A stretch of 63,806 bases of DNA, the filler included, from Octopus bimaculoides (lineage: Eukaryota): the NCBI RefSeq assembly GCF_001194135.2. It is 5 parts of 5 records of this genome, joined end to end, with 100 filler letters (N's around TTAATTAATTAA, not from the genome) between each part and the next. Parts side by side here need not be neighbours in the genome. Positions count along the whole stretch, not along the records: positions 1 to 20,930 come from NC_068984.1; positions 21,031 to 49,230 come from NC_068997.1; 3 more parts are not named here. The stretch is one strand, 5' to 3'. The notes beneath the pieces were generated by a model. The model was not told the DNA's origin. It made no database searches and saw nothing but the letters and a program-made list of their open reading frames with translations. Shown here one piece after another: positions 12,212 to 25,257 of the stretch; the first letter of the stretch is position 1; each line of letters starts with the position of its first letter. Position numbers and translations under genes: made by a program.

Positions 12212-13603
12212 GTAACGATTAATAATAAACACTTTTTACCCTTTTCCCAGCGTTCGTCCTTCGAGTTCAAAACGTACTTCACTTCATCTGCTGAAGTTGA
12301 TTTTCGCAGTACTCTGCATCTATGGTGAAGAATCGTTGAAAACCTTTCATGTAGACATTGAAGTTCAACGTTACAGGACTGTCGCTCCTCGTGAACAGTT
12401 CAGCAAAGAGCTACTAGAAAACTGCGCACATTTATCTAGAATTCAATGATACGTCTATCTAGATTATAGGGTTACTAGCACTCGCGTATGTCCGATATAT
12501 TTTTATAGCACTCGGCGTTTCCGATACATATTCCAGAAACATTTCAATGTACTCTATCCGTACTGGTTTTAGACTAGACATGGGAAGCAAAGACAGCTTC
12601 ATGAATTTTCTTGATCTTCGTCTCAGTGCAATGTTGATTACTAATTAGAAGGATACGAATCATAAACCCTTATTTAAGTCACACTATTTTCTGTTTCCAT
12701 TCTTCCCTTTCTCGTAAATGAATAGGAAACTATAACACTCGTTAGAAACTAGTATTTACAATCTGTGACTGATGTATATTGATTTTCAATATAGGCACAA
12801 GGAATCAAATTTCAGGGGTGATTATAATCGATTAAATCAACGTCAGTTTTAATTGGTAATTTATATTATCGATACCTGAAGGATAAAAGAAAAAGAAATT
12901 GTGATTTCCGAGTGATTAGAAACCAGAATGCAATGAGTTGTAACTTAATACCGTAAGGTTTCCTATCCGACGCCTAAACGATTCCTCAACTCATCTGAGA
13001 ATATTAAAATAAGAAAAGCAAAAACAGAGAAAGAAGTGGAGGATTGGGAAAAAGAGAGTGAGAATGAGGGAGATATAGCGAGAGTGAGAGAGTGAGGTGA
13101 AGGGGTGGTAAAGAGATAGCGAGAGTGTGAGAGAGAGGAGGCGAATGAGAAAAGAGCAGCAACCTCTTTTCAATTAGTAGTAAAATTATGCTACCGAGTT
13201 CGATTCCTATCTATCTTGGTTTAGATATTCGATATTTCTCTATACTAGAAAACTGATAACAAACTACATAAAAATCTATGAAACAAGTAAAGTAAACTAA
13301 AACTATACACTGTAATACGCTGGTTGTATTCAGAGGAAATTGTGGGTTGTCAGTGGCGCCTAGTTGCACATAAAGTAAGTAGACATCAATAGAAAACAAT
13401 TGACATCTAAAGATTGTGTCTATCTAATCTAGAAACGTTATTATTTGCATTGTTTAGTTTACCAGAAACGGTGTCGATTTTGTGAGAGAACAAGTTTTCC
13501 AAAGGTCTATTGGATTGTTTCACAAATACAATTTATGTATAGAAAGAGAATATCTATCAACCTCCACCACACACATACACAAACATACACAAACACACAC
13601 GCA

Positions 13604-13637
<34 letters not shown>

Positions 13638-14033
13638 NNNNNNNNNNNNNNNNNNNNNNNNNNNNNNNNNNNNNNNNNNNNNNNNNNNNNNNNNNNNNNN
13701 NNNNNNNNNNNNNNNNNNNNNNNNNNNNNNNNNNNNNNNNNNNNNNNNNNNNNNNNNNNNNNNNNNNNNNNNNNNNNNNNNNNNNNNNNNNNNNNNNNNN
13801 NNNNNNNNNNNNNNNNNNNNNNNNNNNNNNNNNNNNNNNNNNNNNNNNNNNNNNNNNNNNNNNNNNNNNNNNNNNNNNNNNNNNNNNNNNNNNNATATAT
13901 ATACAGTATAGGTGTTTTAGATGAAAATAACGAAGTACTGAAAATAAATCTGTGGAATGAGTTAAATATTTACTTTAAAAATATTTAAGTCATATATATA
14001 TATATAATCATTAATAGATATGTGCATTTTCAT

Positions 14034-14071
<38 letters not shown>

Positions 14072-14218
14072 GTATGTATGTATATATATGTGTATATGTA
14101 TACATACATACATACATACATACATACACTGCACACATACATAAAGTCTATTTACACTCAAAAATTCTCCTGATTTCTAAATCAAATATTTTACATCTAT
14201 ATAGAGAATTTCACTTAC

Positions 14219-14329
14219 CATTGGGAATTTGCACCGCAACACTATTTAGTTTGAAGGAGCAGGTGTTAGCTAGGTTTTCATGAATTATCTTTTGCATTGT
14301 ATGTTTATTTAATACTATGGCTGGTCAAC
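14219..14329 (-). other. Candidate exon containing a possible start codon (unverified)
   Basis: Acceptor tttattttatttcctattctgacactAG and donor GTAAGT. ATG at 14297 opens MQKIIHENLANTCSFKLNSVAVQIPN up to the donor. No homology recognised. Confidence 0.2.
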
Positions 14330-15182
14330 CTAGTGTCAGAATAGGAAATAAAATAAAGCCAGAATAAAACATTTAAGGAAATACGTCGATAATTGTGTTT
14401 TAGATGTTGGTACGAAAGGTGTGGATGCGACTGAAACATTAAATCGACAAACTAAATAGTTCTTTATGCCTGCCTTAATACATAGAAAAGAAGTGGATCT
14501 TGTGGTGGACTACAGTATTATATCACGTACGCTGTCGTGCGTTCAAATGCAGTCTCAGGGTCTTTTTGTAAAATAACTTTTCATTCTCATCGAATTAAGT
14601 ATCTATAAGTTGTGTGTATTTTATCATACCGAGAATACAACTACGAGAGACAAGTCACTTCCAAGATGGAGTTATCTACATATCACTTGCTTAACGCTAA
14701 TCATGAGAAGCATATTTAGTTACAGCCAATCTGGGGTTTTTTTTAACCATTTTAATGTAGTTATTTTTCATTTGGAAAATCCAAGTGGAATTGAATAGGT
14801 TGATAAGGAAGTTGTTTGTTCCTAGTTCTTCAGGCTTGCTTCTTATCTAAACTCAGGCCACATACATTCATCGAATCAATACTACGCATGGTTATGTTGA
14901 GTGGGGAATGAAAATAAAAAGAATAGATGTCATTTTTCTGAAAAGCCCCTCCTATAAAATGTTCTTGTCCACTCCATTTTCTGTCACAGTAGCGAACACG
15001 TAGTCTCACTTGTTTCTATTTACAACATCAAGAAGAACTGGGTTTTGTTTTCTTTGCGTTTGGCTGTTGGTTTTCGGTGATATAGCTTTTGTCGCTGTTA
15101 TTGTAACTGCTGCTGTAGATTTCATTGATTATTGTTGCTTTTTATGTTTGTTTTTCATTTTGTCTTTTGTGTGTGTGTGTGT

Positions 15183-15222
<40 letters not shown>

Positions 15223-15534
15223 NNNNNNNNNNNNNNNNNNNNNNNNNNNNNNNNNNNNNNNNNNNNNNNNNNNNNNNNNNNNNNNNNNNNNNNNNNNNNN
15301 NNNNNNNNNNNNNNNNNNNNNNNNNNNNNNNNNNNNNNNNNNNNNNNNNNNNNNNNNNNNNNNNNNNNNNNNNNNNNNNNNNNNNNNNNNTACTCGTTAT
15401 TGGTCTGGTTGATATTGCAATGGTGGGTTTAGATCTTGTTGGTGTTTGTTTGGTGGTGATGGTGATGGTGATGGTGATGGTGATGGTGGCAGCGGTGACT
15501 TCCGTTGTCAGTTTCGTCGAAATGTTTGTCATCG

Positions 15535-15751
15535 CTGTAAGGCGGCGAGCTGGCGGAAACGTTAGCATGCCGGGCGAAATGCTTAGCGGTATTTCGTCTG
15601 TCTTTATGTTCTGAGTTCAAATTCCGCCGAGGTCAACTTTGCCTTTTCGGTTCGATAAATTAAGTATCAGTTGCGTACTGGGGGTCGATCTAATCGACTG
15701 TTCCCCTCCCCAAAATTTTCGGGCTTTGTGCCTAGAGTAGAAAAGAATATT
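15535..15751 (+). mobile_element. SINE family B, near full length (tail type 2)
   Basis: aaggcggcgagctggcggaaacgttagc...gttctgagttcaaattccgccgagg...ctgggggtcgat...ttgtgcctagagtagaaaag. Confidence 0.9.
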
Positions 15752-15868
15752 CGTCACCGTTGACGTCATCGTCGGTGGGTAATTAGCTGTTTCTTTGATG
15801 TCACGTTAAACCTCTTGACCTTCGGCGTTTTCCAACTGTTGCTAGATTTCTTCTTCCATCCCACTCAC

Positions 15869-15920
15869 CGACACGTTTCTTTACTATGGTCTCCCCTGCT
15901 CATCCACGTGGTTTGAATAA
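15869..15920 (-). other. Candidate 52-nt exon (unverified)
   Basis: Long pyrimidine tract cttcctctttgactgttctccttccaacAG and donor CG|GTGAGT. Only one frame is open (IQTTWMSRGDHSKETC). Confidence 0.25.
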
Positions 15921-16282
15921 CTGTTGGAAGGAGAACAGTCAAAGAGGAAGACGTGCAGCTACATGTCCACCCATGTGCCTCTTTCGTCGGTAACTAAATC
16001 GTTTGATTTTTGCTGGAGGGGACCTGTGTGCCTGTGTGCCTGTGTGTCCATATTGCTTATAGTGAGGGCTGCTATTTGATGTTTCTTGTGGGTGGAGCTG
16101 CTGATGTGACGTTATTCCACATTGTTATCGTTGTGGCTGGTATTCTTGTTGTTGTTGTTCTTGATGATGATGATGATGAGGAGGAGGAGGAGGAGGAGGA
16201 GGAATCGTGATGCTGCTACTTCCATTGTTGCGGTTGCTGACGCAGTTGTTTCTCGTACATATACATAGTTGCATATGCACAT

Positions 16283-16321
<39 letters not shown>

Positions 16322-17289
16322 CAAACAATAATCATATACTAGATGATGAAATGTTNNNNNNNNNNNNNNNNNNNNNNNNNNNNNNNNNNNNNNNNNNNNN
16401 NNNNNNNNNNNNNNNNNNNNNNNNNNNNNNNNNNNNNNNNNNNNNNNNNNNNNNNNNNNNNNNNNNNNNNNNNNNNNNNNNNNNNNNNNNNNNNNNNNNN
16501 NNNNNNNNNNNNNNNNNNNNNNNNNNNNNNNNNNNNNNNNNNNNNNNNNNNNNNNNNNNNNNNNNNNNNNNNNNNNNNNNNNNNNNNNNNNNNNNNNNNN
16601 NNNNNNNNNNNNNNNNNNNNNNNNNNNNNNNNNNNNNNNNNNNNNNNNNNNNNNNNNNNNNNNNNNNNNNNNNNNNNNNNNNNNNNNNNNNNNNNNNNNN
16701 NNNNNNNNNNNNNTATATATATTTCTTTATTTTCATTTGTATTTATATACTTATTTATTTCAAAATTGGTTGCCATCCCCTACAAATGACTCTTGACGGA
16801 GACAGAATGCCGAAATTCTGTATAATGTGTCTATCTATTGTAAATATGCTAGTTAGTAATGATGCCAATAGAATTAATGATGATAAGCAAAATAGAAACG
16901 AAAGCAAGACAAAACAAAATGACAGACAATTCGTACGTGATTTAGATAATTTTATTTTGTTGTATTAGGAAGAAATATATAATTATTTCGATGAATATAA
17001 ATATACGTTGCACAATACGGTAATAGATATATATGGTGCTATATGGTAACAAATATAGGTGGTATTACACAGAAATAAATATCTGTGGTACTCTGTCACA
17101 ATAAATATATGTGGTACTAGACAATAAATATATCTGATACTGTATCATAATAAATATGTTGCACAAAGGCAGCAGATATATAATACAATACAGCAACACA
17201 TATACGTGGTCACTGTGCAATGATAAGTACACATGGTACTACACAATACTAAATATGCGTGTCTACAGCAATGAAAATACTTTCTGTTG

Positions 17290-17655
17290 TGTGATTAAGT
17301 AATTCGCTTCGCAACCACGTGGCTTCCGGCTCAGTCCTACTGCATAGCATCTTAGGTGTCTTCTACAATAGTCCTGGGCCGATTAGTGCGGTATGAGTAA
17401 GTATGGCTGACAGAAACTGTATAGAAGCCCGTCGTATGTATATATGTATGTGAGTATGTATGTATGTATGTATGTATGTATGCATGTGCGTGTCTTTGTG
17501 TGTGTCCCCACCAGCACCACTTGACAACTGAAACCAATAAAATTAGTACCAAACTTTAAAACAATAAGTTCTGAGGTCGATTTGGGCGACTAAACACTTC
17601 AAGGCAGTGCCCAGCATAGTCACGACCTAATGGCTGAAACAAATAAAAAAAAAAA
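17290..17655 (+). mobile_element. SINE family A, full architecture (tRNA-like head, internal (TATG)n, tail)
   Basis: Head gtgattaagtaattcgcttcgcaaccacgtggcttccggctcagtcc, internal microsatellite, tail ...gaggtcgatt...ggctgaaacaaataaaaaa. Confidence 0.85.
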
Positions 17656-17879
17656 AGATACAAAATAGTACCATACGGAAACTATGCATATGGTACTATA
17701 CTATAATTAATACATGTAGTACACTTCGGCAACAAATGCATATTGTATTATACGGCAACAAATAAATATGGTGGTCTGTGGAACCAAATAGGGATGTGTA
17801 AGGTAGGTGAAGGACAGTTTTAATGCCTATCTCTATCAATTAGTTTTTACTAGGAAGGAATTGTAGACTGATGCACGTT

Positions 17880-18213
17880 CTTTGACGCCTTGCTTTGCCT
17901 GGCGTAAAACAAAAGTCTCGGCTCATACAAGTTAATCTGTAAGCAGTCTGGAGCATTTCATAAGATTCTGCAGCATTTTTGCACAGGTCATCACAAAACT
18001 AAAGTCTACATAGCGAGCTTCCAAATTGTCTTCACCTTCGGACTGTATTCTGCCAACTATTCAACCGTTACAGCCGTCTCCTTCAATTTGGAAGAACACA
18101 AGTTGGCAGGTCAACTTATTAGATGTACAAAATTGTTATATTAAAATTACAATAGACTAGGACTACCTCTCCTAAAAAAACAAAGTCTCAAAAGTTATAG
18201 AATGCACCTCGTA
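17880..18213 (-). mobile_element. mariner transposon 5' stub
   Basis: TIR-like TACGAGGTGCATTCTATAACTTTTGAGACT (18213-18184), then FCDDLCKNAAESYEMLQTAYRLTCMSR, the mariner N-terminal HTH motif (FCxxLGKxAxExxEMLxxAYGxxxMSR). Confidence 0.7.
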
Positions 18214-18450
18214 ATTTGGTCTCCTCGGTGACAAAACCCCTATTCTAAGAATGTCCGAGTGTGTCCATCGTCAAGGAAACCAAATTAGATGATCTACCAA
18301 CGACATGACTGGAGAGCTATGTAATTTTTAATATGCAAGTCTCTGAAAATTTTCTCAGACAAACTATGACGGTTAGTGTAGTCCTATATTTATATATACA
18401 TTATAAGTATAAAACACAACGTTATTTTAATCTAAGGTCGTTTCGAGTGC

Positions 18451-18501
<51 letters not shown>

Positions 18502-19054
18502 TATATACACACGCGCTTACATGTACATACGCACATGCACAGATACACACATTCACACACATACATGTATGCCAATTTAAAGTAGATCTTTGCTGAAAAT
18601 TTAAGCGTTGTCTAAAGAAACATTAGGTTGGTACTTAGAATATAAACTGCCTAAAGTAAAAAATTTAAACGTCATAGTAATGCAGAATTATGTAAAATAA
18701 TGGCTGTCAGTGTAAATATATATATGAATGGCGCGCGCTTGCTGACAGAAGCAGTACGAATCATCCATTAACAGTACATGTCCTCAGTTTACTTCTGCTT
18801 AAGGTGTGATAGTGATGATGATATTTCTAACCAAGACTATTGTAGAGTGGGTGTGATATCTCGTACATTTATTACGGGTCTTCTCTCGATCAAAGAGAAA
18901 ACCCCCATCTTAGACGTCCTGGCCTCGCATTTTCTCAGAGAAAAAGCAAGAAAATGCAAAGTCACAACGCATAAGAGAGGCGACACGGTGAGGTAGATGG
19001 CAAGAGAGTTAGTAAAATTAGACTCAAAAGCCTTTCAGTTTCTAGGATACTCGA

Positions 19055-19397
19055 CGAAGTGGTTTGTCCCTCTTTCTCAAAGGCTGTCATTACTTTCGAG
19101 ACAGTACTTCTTGATACACCAAACATTTTGGCTGTTTTCGTTAAGCTAGCGCCTGACATACGAGTACCAGCAATTTGACCTCTTTGAAAGTCCGATAGGT
19201 TTGTCATTTTAATGAATTTTAATTACCTTTTTCTGATGATATCTGAAAAGAAACAGCAATTTTAGCAAAATATATTAAGCAACACTAATAATAAATCAAA
19301 ACAACATAAAAATAAACATGTTTTGGTGGTTTTATAGATATTTCAAAATTATGATACTATGATGCTAGGTGTTTCCATTATTTTGTCCAACCCTTGT
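19055..19397 (-). mobile_element. Tc1-like transposon 5' stub (TIR plus HTH)
   Basis: TIR ACAAGGGTTGGACAAAATAATGGAAACACC (19397-19368). ORF from 19207: MTNLSDFQRGQIAGTRMSGASLTKTAKMFGVSRSTVSKVMTAFEKEGQTTSS (Tc1 paired-like HTH), then truncated. Confidence 0.85.
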
Positions 19398-20610
19398 TTA
19401 ATAGTGATGGATCGTCAGAATCTTAATAGAGTCGACTAAAAGGTTTTGCAGTATTTGTTCTGTTTATGTTCTGAACACGCCTGCAATGACACTGGTATCT
19501 AGGTGTATCGGCGCTTGCTTTTCCTTACACTGCACAGAGAAGAGAGACATGCTGCATGTGCAACAGGTCTTATAGTACCCGGAGACAAAATTATACGAGA
19601 TACGGAACAAACAATCAGTAAGTTCACATTCAGAATGCTGGATCTCATGCTCTTTTCAGGACATCTATTAGACATGGTAAGAAGACCTATCAGTACTGCT
19701 TTGTTGTTCTATCGGTTAGTTGAAAACGACGAAGTAACGATGATTTCAGTCTGATGGGGAAAATGGCAAAATGTAGCAGCAAGTTTTATAGCGAACATCA
19801 TTTTCGACCGTTTCTTGTAGTTGGCAGGAGGTGGCAATCGTCTTGTGTCAGTCCTGGTAATGGATCTATTTCCTCTCACAGAGAAGGTAATAAAACTTAA
19901 AATTTCGCAATCCGCACTCCTCTGTAATATTTCCTTGCGCGGGTGTCATTTCCTCTAATGTAGGTTATAGACGCGGGATCTCAGTGGTTTTCATTGCTGC
20001 GTCTTTGACGATGAAATATCACCCCTTACGTATTTCATTGCGCTGGATAGCATACAATGTATATAAGCTTCGGTAGTAGTAGTCCCGATTTACTATTCCC
20101 TGCACAATCGCTTTCTTCGTTACTGCCGCTCTGTTAATGAAAAAATACAATCCACAATTGAACCGAGAGATTATTTGGGATGCGCAATCATCAAAGATTC
20201 TGCAGTCGGAAGAGAAGATGCATATAATTAAATTCGATATACTACTATCAGAAAAAAAGTAAATCTTGTATTTGGCTGTATGCTTATGTTTTAACGTATG
20301 TATATGAAATAATTACTGCCTAGGGATTGTAGATCCAAACTACTGCATTTTTCCGACATAGAAAAATTCCATTTGCTGTTAAATAAACCAAGAATCTTAG
20401 CAAAGGAAATCACTTCAAAACCAGTCTCTAACAACACTCGGTGAAGATCACAGAGGAAATTCATTCTGTCGTGTGTTTAGAATGGAAATACTAAAGAACT
20501 GCTCTTTCCAATTTCTTAGGAAATCTACGCTCTCTATGAACTGTAGATGGATTCAAATCCATTTCTGATTTAATTCACACTGGCAATCCATTAATACTCT
20601 CTCAGAACAC

Positions 20611-20635
20611 ATGACTGTAGTAGTAGTAGTAGTAA

Positions 20636-20689
<54 letters not shown>

Positions 20690-20733
20690 CAGTAGTAGTA
20701 GCAGTAGTAGCAACAGCAGCAGTAGCAGCAGGG

Positions 20734-20781
<48 letters not shown>

Positions 20782-20850
20782 ACGGTGGTGGTGATAGTAG
20801 CAGCAACGGCAGCATCTATTGCTGCGGAAGCAGTAGTGAAAGTATAAGTT
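20611..20850. repeat. (GTA)n/(GCA)n microsatellite
   Basis: Direct reading. Confidence 0.97.
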
Positions 20851-20930
20851 ATATTAAAGTGATATGTAGGTAGATAGATAGCTTGATAGGTAGATAGATA
20901 GATAGATAGATATCTTTTTATTATAGCCAC

Positions 20931-21030
20931 NNNNNNNNNNNNNNNNNNNNNNNNNNNNNNNNNNNNNNNNNNNNTTAATTAATTAANNNNNNNNNNNNNN
21001 NNNNNNNNNNNNNNNNNNNNNNNNNNNNNN
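20931..21030. other. Artificial scaffold join: 44 N + TTAATTAATTAA + 44 N
   Basis: Palindromic six-frame stop linker inside a fixed 100-bp gap. An identical structure occurs at 49231-49330, 54616-54715 and 62110-62209. Confidence 0.95.
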
Positions 21031-21068
<38 letters not shown>

Positions 21069-21596
21069 AATATATATACATATATATATACATATATATA
21101 TGGTATATGTGTGTGCACGTGTATGTATATATGAATATATGTTTATCTATCTATCTATCTAATACCTCTGTGTGTGTGCGTGTGTGTGTGTGTGTGTATT
21201 CTGTAATGAATTAAAAGCACTGCTAGTGTTGTAAACATTATCGACTACACATACTGAATGTACTTGTTTAATTTGTTCGCCAGTTCGCTGTGGTATAGCA
21301 CCTGGGGGATGATTCCCACATAACACTGGATGTTAAAAACACCTGAAAGCCATTGACAGGCAAGACAATGCACCCCACCGATCGAATTCAGGATTGAAAA
21401 ATACCGATATATTGCCATTTCTATGGCTTATCAACATTGCGTATCTGAATATTGGTATCCATCACTCATGAATTCGTTCAGGTGCAGATTGTCTCACCTG
21501 TCTATGATTTTGTAGGTGTTTTAGCACCCAGGTCTTCACTCAATTAAACTGGTGAACAAACAAAATACCTACAATCAGCATGTGCCATCAATGATA

Positions 21597-21637
<41 letters not shown>

Positions 21638-21769
21638 CATAAATAATATATAAATATGCATATATCCATATATATATATGAACATACCTACATCTATATG
21701 TATACATACATGCATATATGGGTACAGGACATCTCAAAAAACGTTAAAGACAATGAGAAAAGAAAACAT

Positions 21770-21990
21770 AAAGACTTGTGTCTGGAGTACAATGCTGCAT
21801 GAGAGTAAGACATGGAGCGTGAATGCTCAGGATTTGAGAAGAGTGGAAAGAAATGAAACTAGCTTGCACCACTTGCTGTGTAATGTAAGTATGCAAGAAC
21901 AACAAAGTAAAATTGTGTTGAAGAGAAAAAAAAAAACCATAAGAGGCATCATATATATATTGTGTAACAAAGAAGACTAATGGTGAGGAT
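21770..21990 (+). mobile_element. RTE-clade LINE fragment (RT C-terminal region)
   Basis: KTCVWSTMLHESKTWSVNAQDLRRVERNETSLHHLLCNVSMQEQ...IRGI, compared with the RTE consensus CVRSxMLxGSETWxxxxxDxxRLERNExxMLRWMCNV. Confidence 0.8.
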
Positions 21991-22034
21991 ATTGATTTGT
22001 CCCAACAGACACACACATCTATCTTTTATCTTTT

Positions 22035-22345
22035 ATCTTTAACTTGTTTCAGTCATTAGAGTGTGGCCATACTGGGGCACTGTCTTGAAGAATTTTTAGT
22101 TGAATGAATCAACCCCAGTTCTTATTTCTTCTTTTAGTCTGCTTTTTACCCTATTAGTCTCTTTTGACAAACTGCTAAGTTACAGGAACCTAAACACATA
22201 TGTATAGAGTGGACTTCTTCCAGTTTCCACCTACTAGATCCACTCACAAGTTCTTGTTCAGCCCGTGCCACACAGTGGGACTGAACCCCAAAACTACTGA
22301 ACCAGTTTTTGAGAAGCAGGCTTCTTATCACACAATCACGCCTAC
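22035..22345 (-). mobile_element. SINE family A copy with internal deletions
   Basis: Tail (cttgtttcagtcattagagtgtggcc) and head (cagtgggactgaacccaaaac...cacaatcacgcc) both present. Confidence 0.8.
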
Positions 22346-22949
22346 ACCCATATACATATATACACATATAAACATACACTCACATGCAAATGCATAATGA
22401 TTTTGGCTTGAAAATGTGCTTGAATCTTAAAACGAATTTTGTTTCTTTTTAACTTGTTTCATTTATTACAATACCATACCGGTTTCAATATTTTTTCTTT
22501 TATTTTTTTTTTTTCAGTGTAAAGAAATATTATTTAAATGCAACGAAAATTTAAAAGTAAGAGAATGCACAAAAAAGTTTCATGGTGATGAAACATTCAA
22601 AAATGATCAATATGTTTCAAGCAAAATTGCTTGATGAATATTCCAATGTTTAATAAGTTTCACACCAATATGAAGTAATGAGAGTTCAAATATTCGATAA
22701 ATTTCATAGCAGTAATATATTATGGAAATTTCTAAGTTCAATAGGTTTCATAGAAATAAATTACGTTGGAAATTAGACATGATGAAGGCTTTAAGTTTGA
22801 AGAAAAAGAAAAAAAAATTGCAAACTCTCTTGAATAATGTGAGGTAGAATTATTCATCGTTTACTTTCTTTATTTCATTATGGACTGTGAACTATTTTTC
22901 ATGCCAATATTGCCTTATATCTGCCAGTTTCAAGATATAGTTTCAAGTC

Positions 22950-23330
22950 TTGATTGGTTACTTAAAGACATTATTTGTTTCTGTCCATCTTTGCCCTAGT
23001 GTTCTCTGGTCACTTGTTCTTGTCTGACAGCAGCCAAGCATTCTAGTTGGTTAAACTGTCTGTAGACATCATTTGTTTTTTAGACGTCCTGGCCACTTGT
23101 TTTTATCCAATAGTCGTCCAGCATTCCAGTTAGCTGACTCCCTTAAGACGCTACTTGTTTTTCTGATATCCTGGTCAGATGACTGCTTCATAGCATCACC
23201 TGCTTTTTCATTTCCGTCAAAGTGAGGTTTTAACCAGAAACATAATCGTATTGGTCAACGCTGGGGTGATGTCAGCAAATTGAGTTGGAGAAATATATTT
23301 ACATAGCAGTCTGATGTTTGTATTCATATC
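22950..23330 (-). mobile_element. Degenerate RNase H-bearing LINE (I-group) fragment
   Basis: 23237-23190 translates WLKPHFDGNEKAGDAMK, compared with the RNase H motif WVxxHxGIxGNExADxLAK. The flanks are decayed. Confidence 0.45.
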
Positions 23331-23449
23331 TTGGAGGAGGAATCTGTTATCTCAAAATTTGATTTTCTTTTATCATTTTTGTTACTTGTAATTTTTAGTT
23401 GAGTATCAATATGATCTGTTTTCTCATTCTATCATGTTGTTAAACATAT

Positions 23450-24170
23450 TTTCCTTAATATAAATTGAATTGAGGTGTTTATAATATATCGGTATGAAGG
23501 GAAATTTGGTGCTTGAGATGTTTTATGGACAAAGCTCCAAATGTTTATTGATGAGTATTTGTCTAGTAGTGAGGTCTTATACTTGTTGACAGTGGACTGT
23601 CATTCTGTGCATCAGATCAATTCACATTTGTTCTATGCAATCCTCATTTCACCCATTGCATTTGATAAGGTAAATCAGATTTCTTATTGGTCAAATGAAA
23701 TAATTTTCTATGGTAAGTTTCCTGAATTAAAGTCATCTCTGGAGCTTTCAATGGCATTGATGCAGATTCTGCAATTAGGGCAGTTACACATTTTAGTTAT
23801 TGGTGCTGTAATTTTTCTTAATTAAGTGTAATTTGGTGCTAGTAAGTTTTTTAAAGACTTCAGTTGTCTTTACTTTTAATTATTTTATGTATTTGAATTG
23901 TTCCTTAAAAAAGTGGAATATTCTAATGGATGCTATTGTATGTTTCTGTACTTCTCAGATTGTGTGATGATTAATATATATATAAATATATATATGCAAA
24001 ATATTGAGCGTATCAGGGTGTTTCTTGCTCTTTGTAATTCTTGGGAGTCTATTAATCTCACATTATATTCAGTTGCCATTTAAAGTCACTAAGTATTATC
24101 TTTCAAGTAATATACTTTTATGTTTTTGAAAACGTTCTCCTGGGTTTCAGAAGAGAATGCAATTGTGCAA
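23450..24170 (-). mobile_element. Penelope-like element fragment (GIY-YIG), AT-rich lineage
   Basis: FKKLTSTKL...CNCPNCRIC...NLIYLIKCNG*NEDCIEQM*IDLMHRMTVHCQQV...HLELC: GIY-YIG motifs (LIYxIxCxxC...YIGxT...R...H) with stops. Confidence 0.75.
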
Positions 24171-24254
24171 CTTTTAGTTCAGACAGACATAGATAGATAT
24201 ATAGAGAGAGAAAGTGAGAGGGAGAGAGGAGAGACAAGAGAGAAAAAGAGTAAT

Positions 24255-24786
24255 GGATGGATGGATGGATGGATGGATGGATGGATGGATGGATGGAGGG
24301 ATGGATGGAGGGAGGGAGGGAGNNNNNNNNNNNNNNNNNNNNNNNNNNNNNNNNNNNNNNNNNNNNNNNNNNNNNNNNNNNNNNNNNNNNNNNNNNNNNN
24401 NNNNNNNNNNNNNNNNNNNNNNNNNNNNNNNNNNNNNNNNNNNNNNNNNNNNNNNNNNNNNNNNNNNNNNNNNNNNNNNNNNNNNNNNNNNNNNNNNNNN
24501 NNNNNNNNNNNNNNNNNNNNNNNNNNNNNNNNNNNNNNNNNNNNNNNNNNNNNNNNNNNNNNNNNNNNNNNNNNNNNNNNNNNNNNNNNNNNNNNNNNNN
24601 NNNNNNNNNNNNNNNNNNNNNNNNNNNNNNNNNNNNNNNNNNNNNNNNNNNNNNNNNNNNNNNNNNNNNNNNNNNNNNNNNNNNNNNNNNNNNNNNNNNN
24701 NNNNNNNNNNNNNAAGATAGACAGACAGACAGGCATACAGACAGACAGACAGATAGATAGATAGCAACAGAGAAAGAGAGAAAGGA

Positions 24787-24847
<61 letters not shown>

Positions 24848-25013
24848 AATGACTGGCTGGCTGGCTGGCTGGAAGGAAGGGTGGATGGATGGATGGATGG
24901 ATGGATGAATAGATAAAATGGATAGATGAATGGATAAATAAATACATAGATAGTTAGATGGATAGAATGACAGACAGACAGACAGACAGTAAGATAGATA
25001 GATAGATAGATAG

Positions 25014-25050
<37 letters not shown>
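24255..25050. repeat. Compound tetranucleotide microsatellites (GGAT, GGGA, AGAC, AGAT, AAAG, GGCT, AG) around an N gap
   Basis: Direct reading. Confidence 0.95.
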
Positions 25051-25055
<5 letters not shown>

Positions 25056-25211
25056 TGTGAAAGGGAAAGAGTAGGTCTACAAAGTGATTGTCATAAAGTT
25101 TGCATATTCTGTTGATACATATATATATGCGTTAGTACACAGTGTGTGTGTGTGTGTGTATATCTAAGCATACATCTGCATATTTGTGTGCATGCATGTA
25201 TGTGCATGCGT

Positions 25212-25257
<46 letters not shown>

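Noticed and set aside
19780-20100. Possible L1/Tx1 RT remnant (FDRF...ISPLTYFIALD)
   Set aside because: Only two short motif echoes, with no YADD and several stops; not supportable by eye.
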